A stretch of 64,000 bases of DNA, from assembly GCA_012295275.1 (NCBI GenBank), contig CM022672.1:310001-374000 (forward strand). Direction: 5' to 3'. The number at the start of each line of letters is the position of its first letter. The stretch's first letter is position 1. The position numbers were made by a program, and so were the translations under genes. The DNA comes from Chrysomallon squamiferum (lineage: Eukaryota; Animalia; Mollusca). Below the pieces are notes generated by a model, which saw only the letters and a list, made by a program, of their open reading frames with translations, had not been told where the DNA came from and did not search any database. Below are positions 1-15,727 of this stretch, one piece after another.

Positions 1-157
1 ACCAAAATAATGCATTAAAATACCCAAACAACAAAATAATAATAGTTCCTTTATAGTCATTAGTGCTGTTTTAAAATAATTATATGATTTACATGTACAA
101 TCCTGCCAGTTATTATTTATTATTTTATTTATTTATTTATTTAAATTTATTTAATTT

Positions 158-188
<31 letters not shown>

Positions 189-191
189 CAG

Positions 192-1995
<1,804 letters not shown>

Positions 1996-4900
1996 ATAAT
2001 TATCTTTATGTTTCCTTGAAAACCACATATAAATAAAAAGTATGACATAAAGAATACCAATGTTTCAAAAGAAGACATTACCTAGAAGAATGTATGATGG
2101 CTGTATATTGTTACCATTAATGTATGATGGTGCTATCTGATTACCCTATGCCATCTTTATACTGTATGGTGACATTTGTTTACACAGTTTATCAGAATGA
2201 AATAGAACCATTCTGAAAGTAATTTTTATCATCAGCTGTTGAGACAAGTGAGATAAAATTCCGTTTTGGCTTTTTCTTATGTCCGAATGCTATCATTCTG
2301 ATTACAACTCTGGTTTTGCAATAACAGCATGTCAAGTGTTTTGTGACTCAGTATATTACTTACATGATTTATCAGAGTTTACGTTCAGATATTTCACACT
2401 TCCACCCAAATGTTATAGATTTAACCATGTCCATGTAAGGAGACAATGGTTTAGTTTTTTTGTAATTGTTTTTCTAAGTCTAAGTACATGTTGATTTTCA
2501 TTTAAAAAATCTTTTAAAATGTCTTGGAATCAGTTAAAACTACAGAAATGTCTTTAAAAGCTCTGTGTTAGTAATTATAAAGAAGCAAATATCTGTAACA
2601 ATATAAAGTCAGATATTTCCTGTAAATTGTAATAGATGTTTTTTTGCATATTAAAGTGCAGTTTATACAAAAACATCAGACAATTATATCAACATTTTAA
2701 AAAATGTCAGTTATATATCAACACAATAATGTGATTTTTTTAAAAAGTTTAGAATCTGTAAATGTTGACAATCATTAATCTAAAAGCTAAAAATCAACAT
2801 TTAAAAGAATTATTTCTATAAACCATCTCTTGTGCATTTCTCTGTATGTATATTTACTTAATTATGTGGTTATTAATAATGTTTGTGAACTCTTCATAGT
2901 GTTTCACTTAGTATTTGATACTAGATGTTTGAAATGTCATACTGAGAAAATATTATGCATTTTCATTCAATTTCTTTACCAAAGAATAGCTTTTAACAAA
3001 AATAATCTATTGAAGAAAATTACATTTTCTCAATAGTCGAGTAAAGAAAATTGCTTTTTCTCAGTATTCCAGTAAAGAACAGTACAGTACATTTTTTCAG
3101 TAGTCCAAACTTCAGAACTATTTGTTTAATATTTATTTTTTAACTACTTAATTCGAAGTGGTAACTGCTGAAATGGCTGTTGTTTTTGTCTGGTGTGTGA
3201 AATTTTATTGTTATAAATTGAAAGTTTCTGTATTATTAAAATATTTTCATCATAGACTATGATTAGAAAAAACCCAGTAGTTGTGTTAATTTGATGGTAA
3301 GAAAAAAACTAAAATTAGTTGTGTAAATTTTCAAGATAATCAGTGTTAAATACAATAATAATTTCTCTTCTACCAAGACATCATTATATAAACATAGGTG
3401 TATCTTTTTTGATTATGATTTCATTTATTTTTTAATTATTTAAATTAAAAAATATATATTTTATTTATTTGATTTATTATTGTTATTTATTTAATCTTTA
3501 GAAACAGCAGTGACAACTATTTTTTTTTTTTTTTTAAAGAATAATAGTTTAAGTTGAGTTCATGTTTGTATGAGATAACAGAATCAGATGATTCTGCTAC
3601 TAGAAGCTTCAGTTCATGTTTGAATATAAAATGCAGAACTTTGCTTTGGAGAAATGAACCAGTCATAGCAGCAACTCTGATTGGCAGAAGACACAAATCA
3701 CTGGGTATATTTATGTGTACAGCTTATATCAGTTTCATACCTGTGATAAGTGAACATCATTGACAGCCATTAGAACATTAATTTTGTAAAAATTTTGCTT
3801 AATGTAATTATTATATATTTTATAGTATGAATATGGATTTTATAACAAACTTTTATATTCAGCATATAAATATAAAGTAGATGTTTATTTTACTTTTCTG
3901 TTTAGCCTATTATTAATTTGATTTGGTACAAGGAAAATTACTGTCTTTTTTTCAATGAGAATAAACCACTATACGAGCTTTTTAGAGAAATATATAGTAA
4001 CATACTATTCTCCATCCTACCCCAATTACATTTTTCATTTAGTGTCTTTTTCTTTTGACAAGTGGAAGTTATATTGTTGTTATTTATGACCAAGAACAAA
4101 TTATGCTGTCAGTATTAAGAAAATGTGTAAGTAGTTACTTATCTCATTCATAATTTACAGATTTTCATACTTCCTTGTTCAAGTTGTGTTTTATTTATTT
4201 TGTTTTCATTATGTAACATTTATTTCAGAGATAACAGTTTCCTCCTAGTCTTTCTTTTTTTGATCTAGAGTAGTCTGCAGATTATTTCCTTGTCAGATAG
4301 TTGGCAGTTGAAATTTATTTAGATTTAGAATTTTAATATTTGTCATGATGTTACTGTCATGTAAGTAAACATGCTTTGTTGGTAATACTTACATGTAGAA
4401 AATATGCTATGTTGATGGAAAGTAAGATTACATAATGTTATGTTAATGTTTTAGTGGTAAATTTGCTCAAAACTGTTTATGTAGCATTCTTAGAACATTG
4501 ACATAAACATTTAAAGATATGTAAATATGTTCTGTTTAGTCAGTTTTGAATGTCAGATTTATTACCTAAACTTACTTGGAATTCATTTTATTTAAATATA
4601 TATTTTCATTTAGTTTCTGTATATTATTTTTAATCTCCTATATTGATTATAGTTTTGTCTACACTTAAACTTATAAAAACAGACTTGTGAATATAGTAAA
4701 CTCCTTTATGACAAATTATCACATAATAAAAACTTGTTTTTTTTAACACTAACTACAAATTTCTTTTGTTATGTTTGAAAATTTTATGCTGTGAAATAAC
4801 CGACATCTCAAGTTAGTGAGGTCTAGTGGGTGGAGCTGATTGAGTATTAATATTATAAAAACACTTGTTAATTAATATATCAGTCATTGAGGCAACCTGT

Positions 4901-5359
4901 GAAAATATTAGTAAATTATTGTACAATGAATCTCCATGATCATATTGCTTTTGAAATAATTGAAATTAGTTATAATTTATTGATATATCATTATGCTAGT
5001 TTTCTAAAAGTTTTAAGCTCACCATGTTGTAGAACTGCTTATGTTCATACAAGTTATGTTTATAGAATTGTAATGCACATTAATCACTGTTTTTAGTTTT
5101 GCTTCTCAGTTTTTGTGCAATAAAAGCTAGTTTGACTTGAAGAATGAATTTTTGTTTCAATTTATGATATTGAATTATTATATTTGATACAAAGAAATGA
5201 TTTATAATAATGTTTTAGAAATCTGTTGTGATAGTACATTGGACTTCTTCATGATTTCTTCTGGGAAAAGGCTGCAACTGTTCAAACTATTTTCAAGTTT
5301 CATAATCACAAACATTTTTCTGTGTAATTACTTGAGAAGGCCCATAGAGGAGCATTAAT

Positions 5360-6095
5360 TCTAGTGTGTCTTAAGTGTTACAGCTAATGTGTCTCAGTTA
5401 CAGCTAGTATGCCTCAGTTGGTACAGCTAGTGTGTCTCAAGTGTTACAGCTAATGTGTCTCAGTGGTTACAGCTAGTGTGTCTCAGTGGTTACAGCTAGT
5501 GTGTCTCTGTACAGCTAGTGTGTCTCTACAGCTAATGTGTCTCAGTTGGTACAGCTAGTGTGTGTCTACAGCTAATGTGTCTCAGTGGTTACAGCTAGTG
5601 TGCCTCAGTTGGTACAGCTAATGTGTCTCAGTGGTTACAGCTAGTGTGTCTCAGTGGTTACAGCTAGTGTGTGTCTGGTTTCAGCTAGTGTGTCTCTGTA
5701 CAGCTAGTGTGTCTCTGGTTACAGTTAGTGTGTCTCAGTGGTTACAGCTAGTGTGTCTCTGGTTACAGTTAATGTGTATCAGTGGTTACACCCAGTGTCC
5801 CAGTTGGTACAGCTAGTGTGTCTCAGTTGGTATAGCTAATGTGTCTCAGTAGTTACAGCTAGTGTGTCTCAATAATTACAGCTAATGTGTCTCAGTAGTT
5901 ACAGCTAGTGTGTCTCACTGACAGCTAATGTCTGGTTACAGCTAATGTGTCTCAGTGGTTACAGCTAGTGTGTCTTAGTGGTTACAGCTAGTGTGTCTCA
6001 GTGGTTACACCTAGTGTCTTAGTCATTACAGCTGGTGTGTATCAGTGATTAAAGCTAGGTGTATGTCGTTACTGCTAGTCTCTGTCATTACAGCT
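5360..6095. repeat. Minisatellite, ~23-bp unit (CAGTGGTTACAGCTAGTGTGTCT), ~30 copies, degenerate at the ends
   Basis: Directly visible tandem array between the convergent 3' ends of TEX261 and ANKRD53; it explains the spurious ORF 5631..5816. Confidence 0.95.
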
Positions 6096-8262
6096 ATTAT
6101 ATCTCTGATTACATCTACTGTGTCCCACCAGTGCTACAACTGTTTTATCAAAAGCTATGGTTGTGTTTAGAGACATCTTAGAAAAAGATGCCAAAGGAAA
6201 GCGTTATTTTTTTTCCTATGTGGTCATTAAGGTTATGTTTGATCCTACAAACATTTGTAGATATGTTAAGTGTGTTAAATAAAAATTATATTATTTGCCT
6301 TCTTTCAAAACTAAGCCAACTTTTTTTTTCTTTAGCAAAGATGTATCCTGCATTGTGATTGGCTTGTTCAGATTTTTCAGTCAGTGATATGGTTTTGGCT
6401 TTAGTCATACATCCTAAACAGCAGAGCTAAGATAATGAAAACTTTTAACAGAAGACAAAGACAAAGTATAGATATATAATTATTGGTAATAAAACACAAG
6501 CAGTATTGTCAATCACAATAAATGCTTACGATATAAATCACAACTAAAACAATAACAGTTGTCAATAATGTTGTATAAAGCTTTCTGAAGGCAAGACATT
6601 AAAACTGGTCACCTCTAGAAATACTGGTTATAAGATTTGAACTTGTATTCAGCAGTAATCAACAATGTACTTTTTTTTTTTTTTCAGAGATAAAATACAA
6701 ATTATAAAAGAACAGGATACAGTAAAAGAGATACACACACAAAAAATATACTTTTAAATATATATATATATATATACAGTATGTTTAGATAAACGATTTA
6801 GATATAAAGAATTTTACATACAACTTATGTTTAATTACTACAGAACTGGAAAAGTCAATATAGCAACAGATTTTTCAGCTTAACAACTGCATTAACTTGT
6901 ATCAAAGTAAAATATAACACTAACAGTTGTCTTTAGAGCTAGAAATACATATAATGTTATTACTAGAATTAATATTTACATTTACATGTTTACATATGCA
7001 AATTAATACATAGATAAGAAGATTAAAGGGGTTATTAAGATATAATTCTGACTTTTTAAAGAAAAAATGGAATGTTGATTTTATGTATATATATATTCAT
7101 GAACAACCAATGTAAAGATATTAGACTATTAAAGATACATTACTGAGAATATAGAAAAAGTTATCACAACCATCAATACTGTATAGCATTACAAAATACC
7201 AATAACCAAATACATAATCAGCATATATATCAACAATGCATTACATACAAATTAAAACATATTTTTCTTTCACATTAAAGTAACAGGAATGTATATAGTC
7301 AAAATTTTTAAAGAGTACAATGTACACGCTAATAAGAATAAAAAAGCAATGAAATTTATAAATAAAATTATATAACACTATGTACAGGCTAAGATTAGTA
7401 AATGTTAATATAAATGTTTAATATTGATACAAGGCTACATTTAGATTTAAGCTGATATATTCAAATAATTCATGGTTATAAGGCTGTTATACTGACATAA
7501 AAATGCTATATGGGTATAAAGCTATTATAGGGATAGTTGTGCAGTAAGAAAAATATCAAATAGGATCAGGTAGTCATTCAAGGTAAACTGACAAACAAGG
7601 ATGATATTAATGTTAAGGATAGGACTAAAATCATTGGATACATTCAGGAAGACACATTCTGTTTTATATCAGCATTAAGGCTAAGGTTATTATATGTGGA
7701 AACAAAAACAGAGTAGGTAGGACCAATTATAAATACAACATGAAAGGCAAAACTGATAAGAATAAAACTGAGGGTAAGACATAAACACAACATTAACATT
7801 GAGGTAAAATTGATACAAAAAATTAACATTAAAATAAAGAATAATATTGGTTAAAATGAAAGGGTAAATAGTAATATTATGTTATTAAAAAGCTAAGTGA
7901 AAATGTTCAGTACACCATAAACTGGTAAAGGGAGCATATTACCTCCCCTTAATGTAATGACTTTACAAACATGTTTTTCAGTTTAAAAATGTTGGGTTTT
8001 TTGCAGTCGCTGTCATCAGAAAGTTACATTTCCCAAACACCTGTTTAGTTTAATGTTTTTATGGCTGTCAAATAAAGTCTATTTTTACATCAGATTAGAC
8101 ACTTAACATACTTCAGTGCAGTTCCTACTCTCTAAATCAACAAACATATTTCAGTAGTATTTCCAAATATATAGTGTTATATGAAACTGTTCATTATTTC
8201 AACTTTAACTACGAAATAACTAAAATCCGAATCAATCAATGAAGCCTACACATCAGTTATGT

Positions 8263-11087
8263 TCAATTCATTTCACCACATCTCAGTACATATTCTTTGC
8301 CTTGAATGTTGGGAAAGTGATCTCGTTTTGACATCTGTTTGAGAGTGCTGGCCAGCTGGTCATGTAGGAATGGGTCAAAATCAGGCGAGCCTGACTTACT
8401 TGAAGACTCTGAATCATTCTTACAAAACTTGAAGTTGTTTCTGATGAGGAATGAACGAACATTATTGGACAGATGCAGTGGAGCCTCTACTGGAGAAATA
8501 ACATCCTGATCGTATTTGCGCTTTGTGAGCACATCACAGATAATCTTTGGTTTGAACACAACTGGACGTTCACTGACACTTGGATCTCTCGCCAGCTCCT
8601 TCTCAAGCAGGTCATTGGGAAGGTCAGGTTTGCGCAGCTTCTTCAACACCATGGATTTAGAGTCTTCCAAATCAGACAAAGTGATCACCTGCTCAAACTT
8701 GCCAGTGAAGTACTTTGGAGCAAATTTAAGTTTTGGCATCATGGTATATTCATCTCGAGGATACAGATCTTTAAGAATTGGTACATACTCCTTCTCATTC
8801 AGCTTAGAGTACTTGATCCATGGGTTGGGATGAGAGACCTCAGATGATTTCAATGATGATTTTGCTGGTGTCATTTTGCTTTCTTTTTCTTTTGACCTGC
8901 TCGTATCTTCTCTGTCGGATTCATGCTGCATGTCATCTAACAAATCACTGGAGGTGAGTTCTCTCCTTGAAGAAGGAGTTGTACTTTTTTCTCTCATCTC
9001 TGTGCTAACTTTTGAAATATATTCAGATGCAATGCTGTTTGCCTTATAAATGCCCTGCTGGTCATCAGCTCTCAGGTGTAGTCCTGTTGGTTTCACCTCT
9101 AGTTTTCTGTCTTTTACAAACTGCTGGAAGGCTTTCTCTGTCTGTGCTTCACGTATTGCTTGAAATTCTTCATCATTCTCTATCTCCTGCAGAACTTGCT
9201 GCATCTTCAGTTTCTTCAGCTGCAGAAGTTCTTTAGCTACATGTTCCTTGTCCTGATGCCAAATCTCTGCTGCTAAGATTCTGTATACAATTATTCAAAC
9301 AATGTTAGAAATTTTACAATGATCATACTTCAAAATTCATCAAATAACAAACTGAAAGCAGATTTCCATTTCTATCATAAATTACTTGAAATATAAAACC
9401 ACAACAATACTTACCTAGCACATTTTCTATGTCCCCACAGTTTGGCCAGATCTAAAGGTGTGTTACCTCTGCAATCTTTGGCTTGGACATTGGCTCCATT
9501 TTCAATCAGCAGCTTCAGACACTGTACATGTCCTTCACTGGCAGCCTGGTGAGCGGGTGTGATGCCATCTTCATTACACCTGTGTTATAAACAAATATTA
9601 ATATCTCTAAATTAACAAACATTATATCTTTAAAAAAAAAAAAATTATTACCAAAATAACAAAATTACTAAAACAACAAACATTAATACTCAAATAAAAT
9701 ACTACTTAACTAATTATTGCTCAAATTATAAAATATTATTACTCAAATAACAACAAACATTATTATGGTAACAACTAAAATAATTAACATTATTTCTCAA
9801 ATAACAAACATTACTACTCCAGTAACAAACAATATTATAAAATTACAAGCATTACTCCTAAAATAACAAAAAATGCTCAAATAACAAACATTACTACTGA
9901 AATATAATTGATCTCTAATAAAATGAAATATCAGTCTTACTTGATATTCAAAACTACATTAACATTCTTACATGGATAGATCAGGATGTTTTTCTAGTAA
10001 GTAAGTCAAACACTGCAGTGCTCTCTTTCCTGTTTGGTTACTAATCACAAGATGGATAGCTCGCCAACCAGTCGAACTTGGAAGATTCACATCCATCTTG
10101 AACTTTTCAATGCAAACCTTCAGACAGTCTAACCTACCATGGATAGCTGAAAGATGGAGTGCTGTCAGGCCCTACAAACAAACATATAACAAAACTGAGA
10201 CAGAGTTCTGTCAGACTTACAAATAAAAATATAACAATGCTGTCACATCTTACAAACAAAAAATATAACAAAGCTGAAATAGAGTACTGTCAGACTCTAC
10301 CAGCAAAAATATAACAAAGTTGAAACAGAGTGCTTTTAGACCCTATGAACAAAAATTTAACTAAGCTGAAACAGTGCTGTCAAATGCTACATAATAAAAT
10401 ATAACAAAGCTGTAATATAGTTCTATCGCACCATACAAATACAAATAAAGCTGAAATATTAATGTTGTATTATATAACACTGTCAGACCATTAAACAAAA
10501 CTATAACAAAGCTATAATACAATACACTCGAACCACTGCAAAACCAAATATAAGTGCTGAAATATTAATGTTGTCAAATCCTAGGAACAAACAAAAATTA
10601 ATACGAAACTTAAATATGAATGTTGTCAGGCCGATTAACAAAAAACGAAACAAAACTTAAATTTAATAATTAATTGAGATATTTGTTTGCTGACAAACAA
10701 CAAGAAAATACTGAAGTTTTCTCAACTTATACACACGAAGATACACTATAAAATAAAATGAATTATTATCACATTTTAAAGCCTGCAGTCACATAGAAAT
10801 GTATGTTGTATAAATAAAATTAATAGTTTAACAACTAATACGTTCATTACATTTTTGTCATAATTCAATTTTCCTCCTGCATCTCGTAGACTTTGTTTCA
10901 ACCATTCAACATCTCCGATTGCTGCTGCCATGAATTCATCGTCTGAAAGTTTTTTGTCGCTCGAAGTTCTCACGGGACTACGTCTCAGTCGCAGAGTTTT
11001 GCTTGTTTTCGTTACACTTGAACCTGATCCTTTACCTAACGGAATTTCGCTTAAAGTTCTGGATGTTCCAGAATCTTCGAAAGACAT
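8263..11087 (-). CDS. ANKRD53: Ankyrin repeat domain-containing protein 53-like (~539 aa, 4 coding exons)
   Basis: Exons 11087-10851 (ATG), 10171-9972, 9579-9415 and 9280-8263 (stop), all GT-AG with compatible phases. Ankyrin repeats: FMAAAIGDVEWL, GLTALHLSAIHGRLDCLK, GWRAIHLVI, GITPAHQAASEGHVQCLKLLIENGAN, GNTPLDLAKLWGHRKCARILAAEIW, followed by a coiled coil. It lies tail-to-tail with TEX261, as ANKRD53 does in vertebrates. Confidence 0.85.
9590..9905. repeat. Degenerate ~21-bp tandem repeat (AAATAACAAACATTACTACTC) filling ANKRD53 intron 2
   Basis: Visible repeated motif; a related short tract occurs at about 15200-15300 in ENO4 intron 5. Confidence 0.7.
10157..10660. repeat. ~46-bp tandem repeat spanning the ANKRD53 intron 1/exon 2 acceptor
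   Basis: Units resemble GAGTGCTGTCAGGCCCTACAAACAAACATATAACAAAACTGA. The first unit contains 15 nt of exon 2 plus the acceptor; about 10 progressively degenerate copies extend into the intron. Confidence 0.8.
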
Positions 11088-11450
11088 TATATGAAAAACT
11101 CTGGTATAGTTTTAGTATATTTTATTTTATTTTTTATTTGAAATACAAGTCTTAAAACAACGTCATTTAATAACAAACTTTCTTTTCTGGTCGGTTGCTC
11201 CCAAACCAAAAAGAAAGCGTGTCGTGGCTTTCGATTGTCGTAAAATATTTGCAGCAATGTAACTTAATGTTACTATTACAGATTACGGGTTTTATGGATA
11301 TTTAAATATTTTATTTTATTGATTTATTTATTAATAATAACTTTAGTTCTTATTTTGATCGTCAGAATGGTAGAATGAAAACTTGATAGCAATCCCATAA
11401 TTCTATATCCTTGACGACCACAAAGATGGATTCCAGGAGCGAAACATTTT
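11088..11450. promoter_or_regulatory. Putative bidirectional promoter shared by ANKRD53 (-) and ENO4 (+)
   Basis: The start codons are head-to-head, about 840 bp apart (11087 and 11931). CpGs are locally retained (about 10880-11450) in otherwise CpG-poor DNA. The ENO4 ATG follows an acceptor AG at 11923-11924, implying an upstream non-coding exon here. Confidence 0.6.
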
Positions 11451-11930
11451 TGTTTTTAAATTAGTGAATATCAGATTAATGTTCTGCTTGTGGGTAACAT
11501 TTTTATTTCTATGCTTATTAAATAGTACATGTCCACATATTATATTGTCTCAGAATCTGCAGAAACAGAATTCATAACAGAAAGTTTTGTACTAATATGT
11601 GCTTTATATTTAATACTACATTTGCGACAAAATACTTTTTTCAAATATGAAATAAGAATGAAATGACAACAAATATTTAAAAACTTTGCAGTTATTAACA
11701 GTAGTTAACAGACATTTCATTAACATTTTTTCGGTAATATTTTTAATAATTCATTTTAGAATAATGTTTAGATTTTAATTAAAACGTTTTATGTATATAT
11801 TCATAAGGAAATTGTCTTTCCATTTATATATGTGTGTGTGTGTGTGTGTACACACATTTAGCAATATTTTTCATTTAAAAAAAAAATGTTTTTACTAATT
11901 ATGTAACTCTAACAAATATTTCAGAAAAAA

Positions 11931-14900
11931 ATGTCAAACAATTCTGTTGGTTTAACTACAAATATGTATGAATTGAGACAGAGAGCTGAAGAATACTACA
12001 AAGAAAATGGAGTTCCAGAAAAAATGGAAGATCTCCTTAATACAATGTTTATTGACCAGCCACCTGATGTCTATGGTCACATAGTAAGATTTTAATTTAC
12101 AATTCAAAGACTGCATTCAGGTACTGGCTAGGAAAATGATGGCGTGTACAAACAATACATTTTCTCTGATCCATCACTAACACTCAACTTCTGTTCTAAG
12201 TTAGAATAATGTTATTTTGGTATTATGTATTATCACAATCATAGTTTTAAAAACTGGGTGTATCTTTTAATATTTCTCTTTTTTTAAATTCTAAAGTTCT
12301 ATTTTCAATTGTTGTTTTATTTAAAAACATGTCTAAATTTATATTTCACTTCTTTTCTAATTATATCAATTTATGAAAATTAATTTTATTTTATTTTTTT
12401 ATAAATTTTAGTCTGAATTCTTCAGAGACTTTGCAAGAGACCCATACATAACAAAGGTTTGTGACAAAAAAACAAAAACAAAAAAATAAGAATAAAACAG
12501 GACAGTCAAACTTTGATAATTCAGACTTGAAGGCATCAGTCAAGCAGTTAAAGTTAAAATTAAAATATCTGCTGCAGTTGTGTTGGACTAGTATGTTTGA
12601 TTTTCATGATGTGAGAAACATAAACTGTTACATATTTTGTAAAACTAAGTAAATAACAAAATCAATAAGACACACACAACACTCACATGCATGCAGATAC
12701 AAATATATTTATTGATAAATAAAAAAGCAGAAACAAACCATACATACATATAAATTCTTCATACATCAGTGGAAACAAATCAGTTGAAATACATAATCAG
12801 AAATAAGCATCAAATTCATACATTTTCAGATTTCCAAACTTTGAGGAACATAACACAACACAATTCCATTAATTAACATTTAAACAGCAAATGGTATGTT
12901 TGACACAATGCACTCATTTGTAAGCAAAAAAATATACTAGTCAGTGAACTTTAACAGTTTACTACGACGGTTCTCTGAAGATTGTCTGCAATTATGTATT
13001 ATGTAAAGACGCTGTATGCAGACTTAACTGAGGCAGTTATATTGTGTTGCACTTAATCAACAAATTCCTGGGATCATAAAAGATTTTCAACTTATAATTT
13101 TCAAATTATTATTGCTAGCATAAGAAGGAACTTGGCCTAGACAAGACTGTCAGTTTGAGAGATCAAAGTTTTGAATTTTCAAAGTTTTACTGTCTTTAAT
13201 GAAGTAATTATCAAAACAATAGATTTCTTCACAATATAAATTAAGATAATTTTTGTGGATCAGTATCTCAGTTCTTTTTTTGATGTGGCAACATTGTTTT
13301 TAATATGGTTTTATTTTATCTGTAGATATATTCATAAAGCAATCAAAGTGAGTTTAATGTGCCAGTATAATAATTTTTGTATAACTTCAAAATTTTGTAA
13401 TTTATTATATTCTGTATTGTAATTTATTTTATTCTATATTGTAATTTATTATATTCTACTTTAAGACATTTTTTCTTCTTTTTTTCTCTCATTTTATTAG
13501 CTGAAATGCAGAAAGGCTTATGACAGCAATGGCCACCAAACAACACAAACAGAGGTTCACTGTATGGTGAGAAATAAGGAGAAGGTAAACAAATGTAAAT
13601 TCGGACTGTATTATTGTTCATTTTACACACATCAGTTCCAGTGTTTGTGTCTGAGGTTTTAGTTAAAAAGTTTATTTTAGTTATCTAACAAGATTGTGTT
13701 AATCTGTGCATGCTTTGTTTCAGACTAAGTACTAGTATTGTATGTTAAACAACAGCATTCAGCTGATCACTCATTAGTTTGTAGCATGATGTCTGGTTTA
13801 ATAAAATAATAATCACAAACTTGATAAATACTGGATGCATTTTAATTTCTACAATTTTTTAATTAATTGTGTATGTTAAATAATTTGTAAAGTATTGTAT
13901 ATTAATTATATATTTTTGTTAATTTAAAAGCTAATTTGTAAACTATTTTGCATTACTGTGTGAAGTATTTTGTTTATTTGTGTGTTTTAATTACTGTGTG
14001 ATGTATTGTGTTTATTTGGGTGTTTTAATTACAGTGTGAAGTAATTATGTTTATTTATTAGTGAAATATTGTGTTTATTTGTGTATTTTAATTAATGAAA
14101 TATTGTGTTATTTGTGTGTTTTAATTACTATGTGAAGTATTGTGTTTATTATGATTTAATTGCTCTGTTGTGTTTTTCAGCTAATCTGCACGTGTCTCAG
14201 TTCAGGTTATATGTACAGTGTTGCTGAAACTTCTAGAGCTGAGGAGAAAGAAGCAGAGGAGATGGAGCAGTGTGAGTCAGTGAGAACAGCAATTGAACTT
14301 ATCAACACAGAAATCTGTCAAAGCCTGCAAGAGCAAGATCCCTCAGCACAGGACCTCATAGATTCCATATCATAGTCAGTAGACTGATTACATCTTTAAA
14401 CCAGTGTTCTATTTCTACACTGTACACACATTAATATTGAATCTCTAGACCTATAGACTCACTAACATTATATTTCTATACCTGTGTATTCATTAATATT
14501 AAATCTGTATACTGTACACTCATTAATATTATATCTCTACACCTGTTCATTAATTAATATTATATCTCTACACCTATTCATCAGTTAATATTATATCTCT
14601 ACACCTGTTCGTCAATTAATGTTATATTTCTATACCTGTTCATCAATTAATATTATATCTCTACATCTGTACATAAATAATATACATCTTTACACATGTA
14701 CATTAATATAACTTTTCTGCACCTGTACATCAGTTAATAATACCTACCTCTATATCATCATCAGTATTACACCTCTGCATCTGTAAGTAGACATGTGCTA
14801 CCTATAGTGAAATATACTATTGTGTCATTACAGTAAGTATTATAATGGTGTTAAAAATATGATCTTGTGTTACAGTGATTTACTTGTCAAACTGAAGGAG

Positions 14901-15677
14901 ATGAAAGAAGTGTCACAGTTTCTTGACAAAGAAAATGTCCCTGATGATGATGAAACAAATGAAAAATTACCAGACAATCCAAGTCCAGGAAAACAGAAAA
15001 GAAATGCCACTCCCAAGTTAGTGTGCCTCGTAATTATCAACTGAAATCTTAGAACCAGTTCAAGTCTACCTGTAGTTATACTAACAAAATTTATTCTCAG
15101 ATAATTTATATATATTCAGCTTATTGTCTAACTTGATTTATTTAAAAACATGCCTTTAAGAGTACTAATACTCAGCCTAAATGATATCTTTATTGAGAAT
15201 AAATAAATATCATTACTAAAAAATCATACTACTCCAGTAACGAGCATTATTACCCAAATAACAAACATTACTACTCAAATTACAGATATTATTTATTAGT
15301 CAAGAAATATTAATCATTTAATATGTTCTTGAAAATTAATGGTGATATATTTGTTATATGATGTGTGAGAGGGGAAACTCACATTACTATATTAAATGAT
15401 TTTTCTTGTTAATTGTGGATATTTAGTTTACTTCTTTAAATGGGAGAGTATATATGTAAATCAGTAATAGGGGCACTGGCTAGAACTGGATACTGAGTAC
15501 TACTGAACCTGTGAACCATAATGCTTCACAATGAGCTAAAACATGTTTTTACAATACTAATGATTATTTAGTCAGTTTCTAAAAATAATCGCTGCATTAA
15601 ATTTACAAAAGAAAATTACCAGAAATTATTGGACAGCCTAAACATGTTGGTCATGTAATGGACAGCCTAAACACATG

Positions 15678-15727
<50 letters not shown>

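Noticed and set aside
8473-9236. Plus-strand ORFs of 74-124 aa
   Set aside because: They are antisense shadows of the ANKRD53 last exon.
14373-14375. Apparent premature stop in ENO4 at the end of ORF 14160..14375
   Set aside because: The donor GTCAGT at 14375 splits the codon (TA|T), and the frame continues in the exon at 14876.
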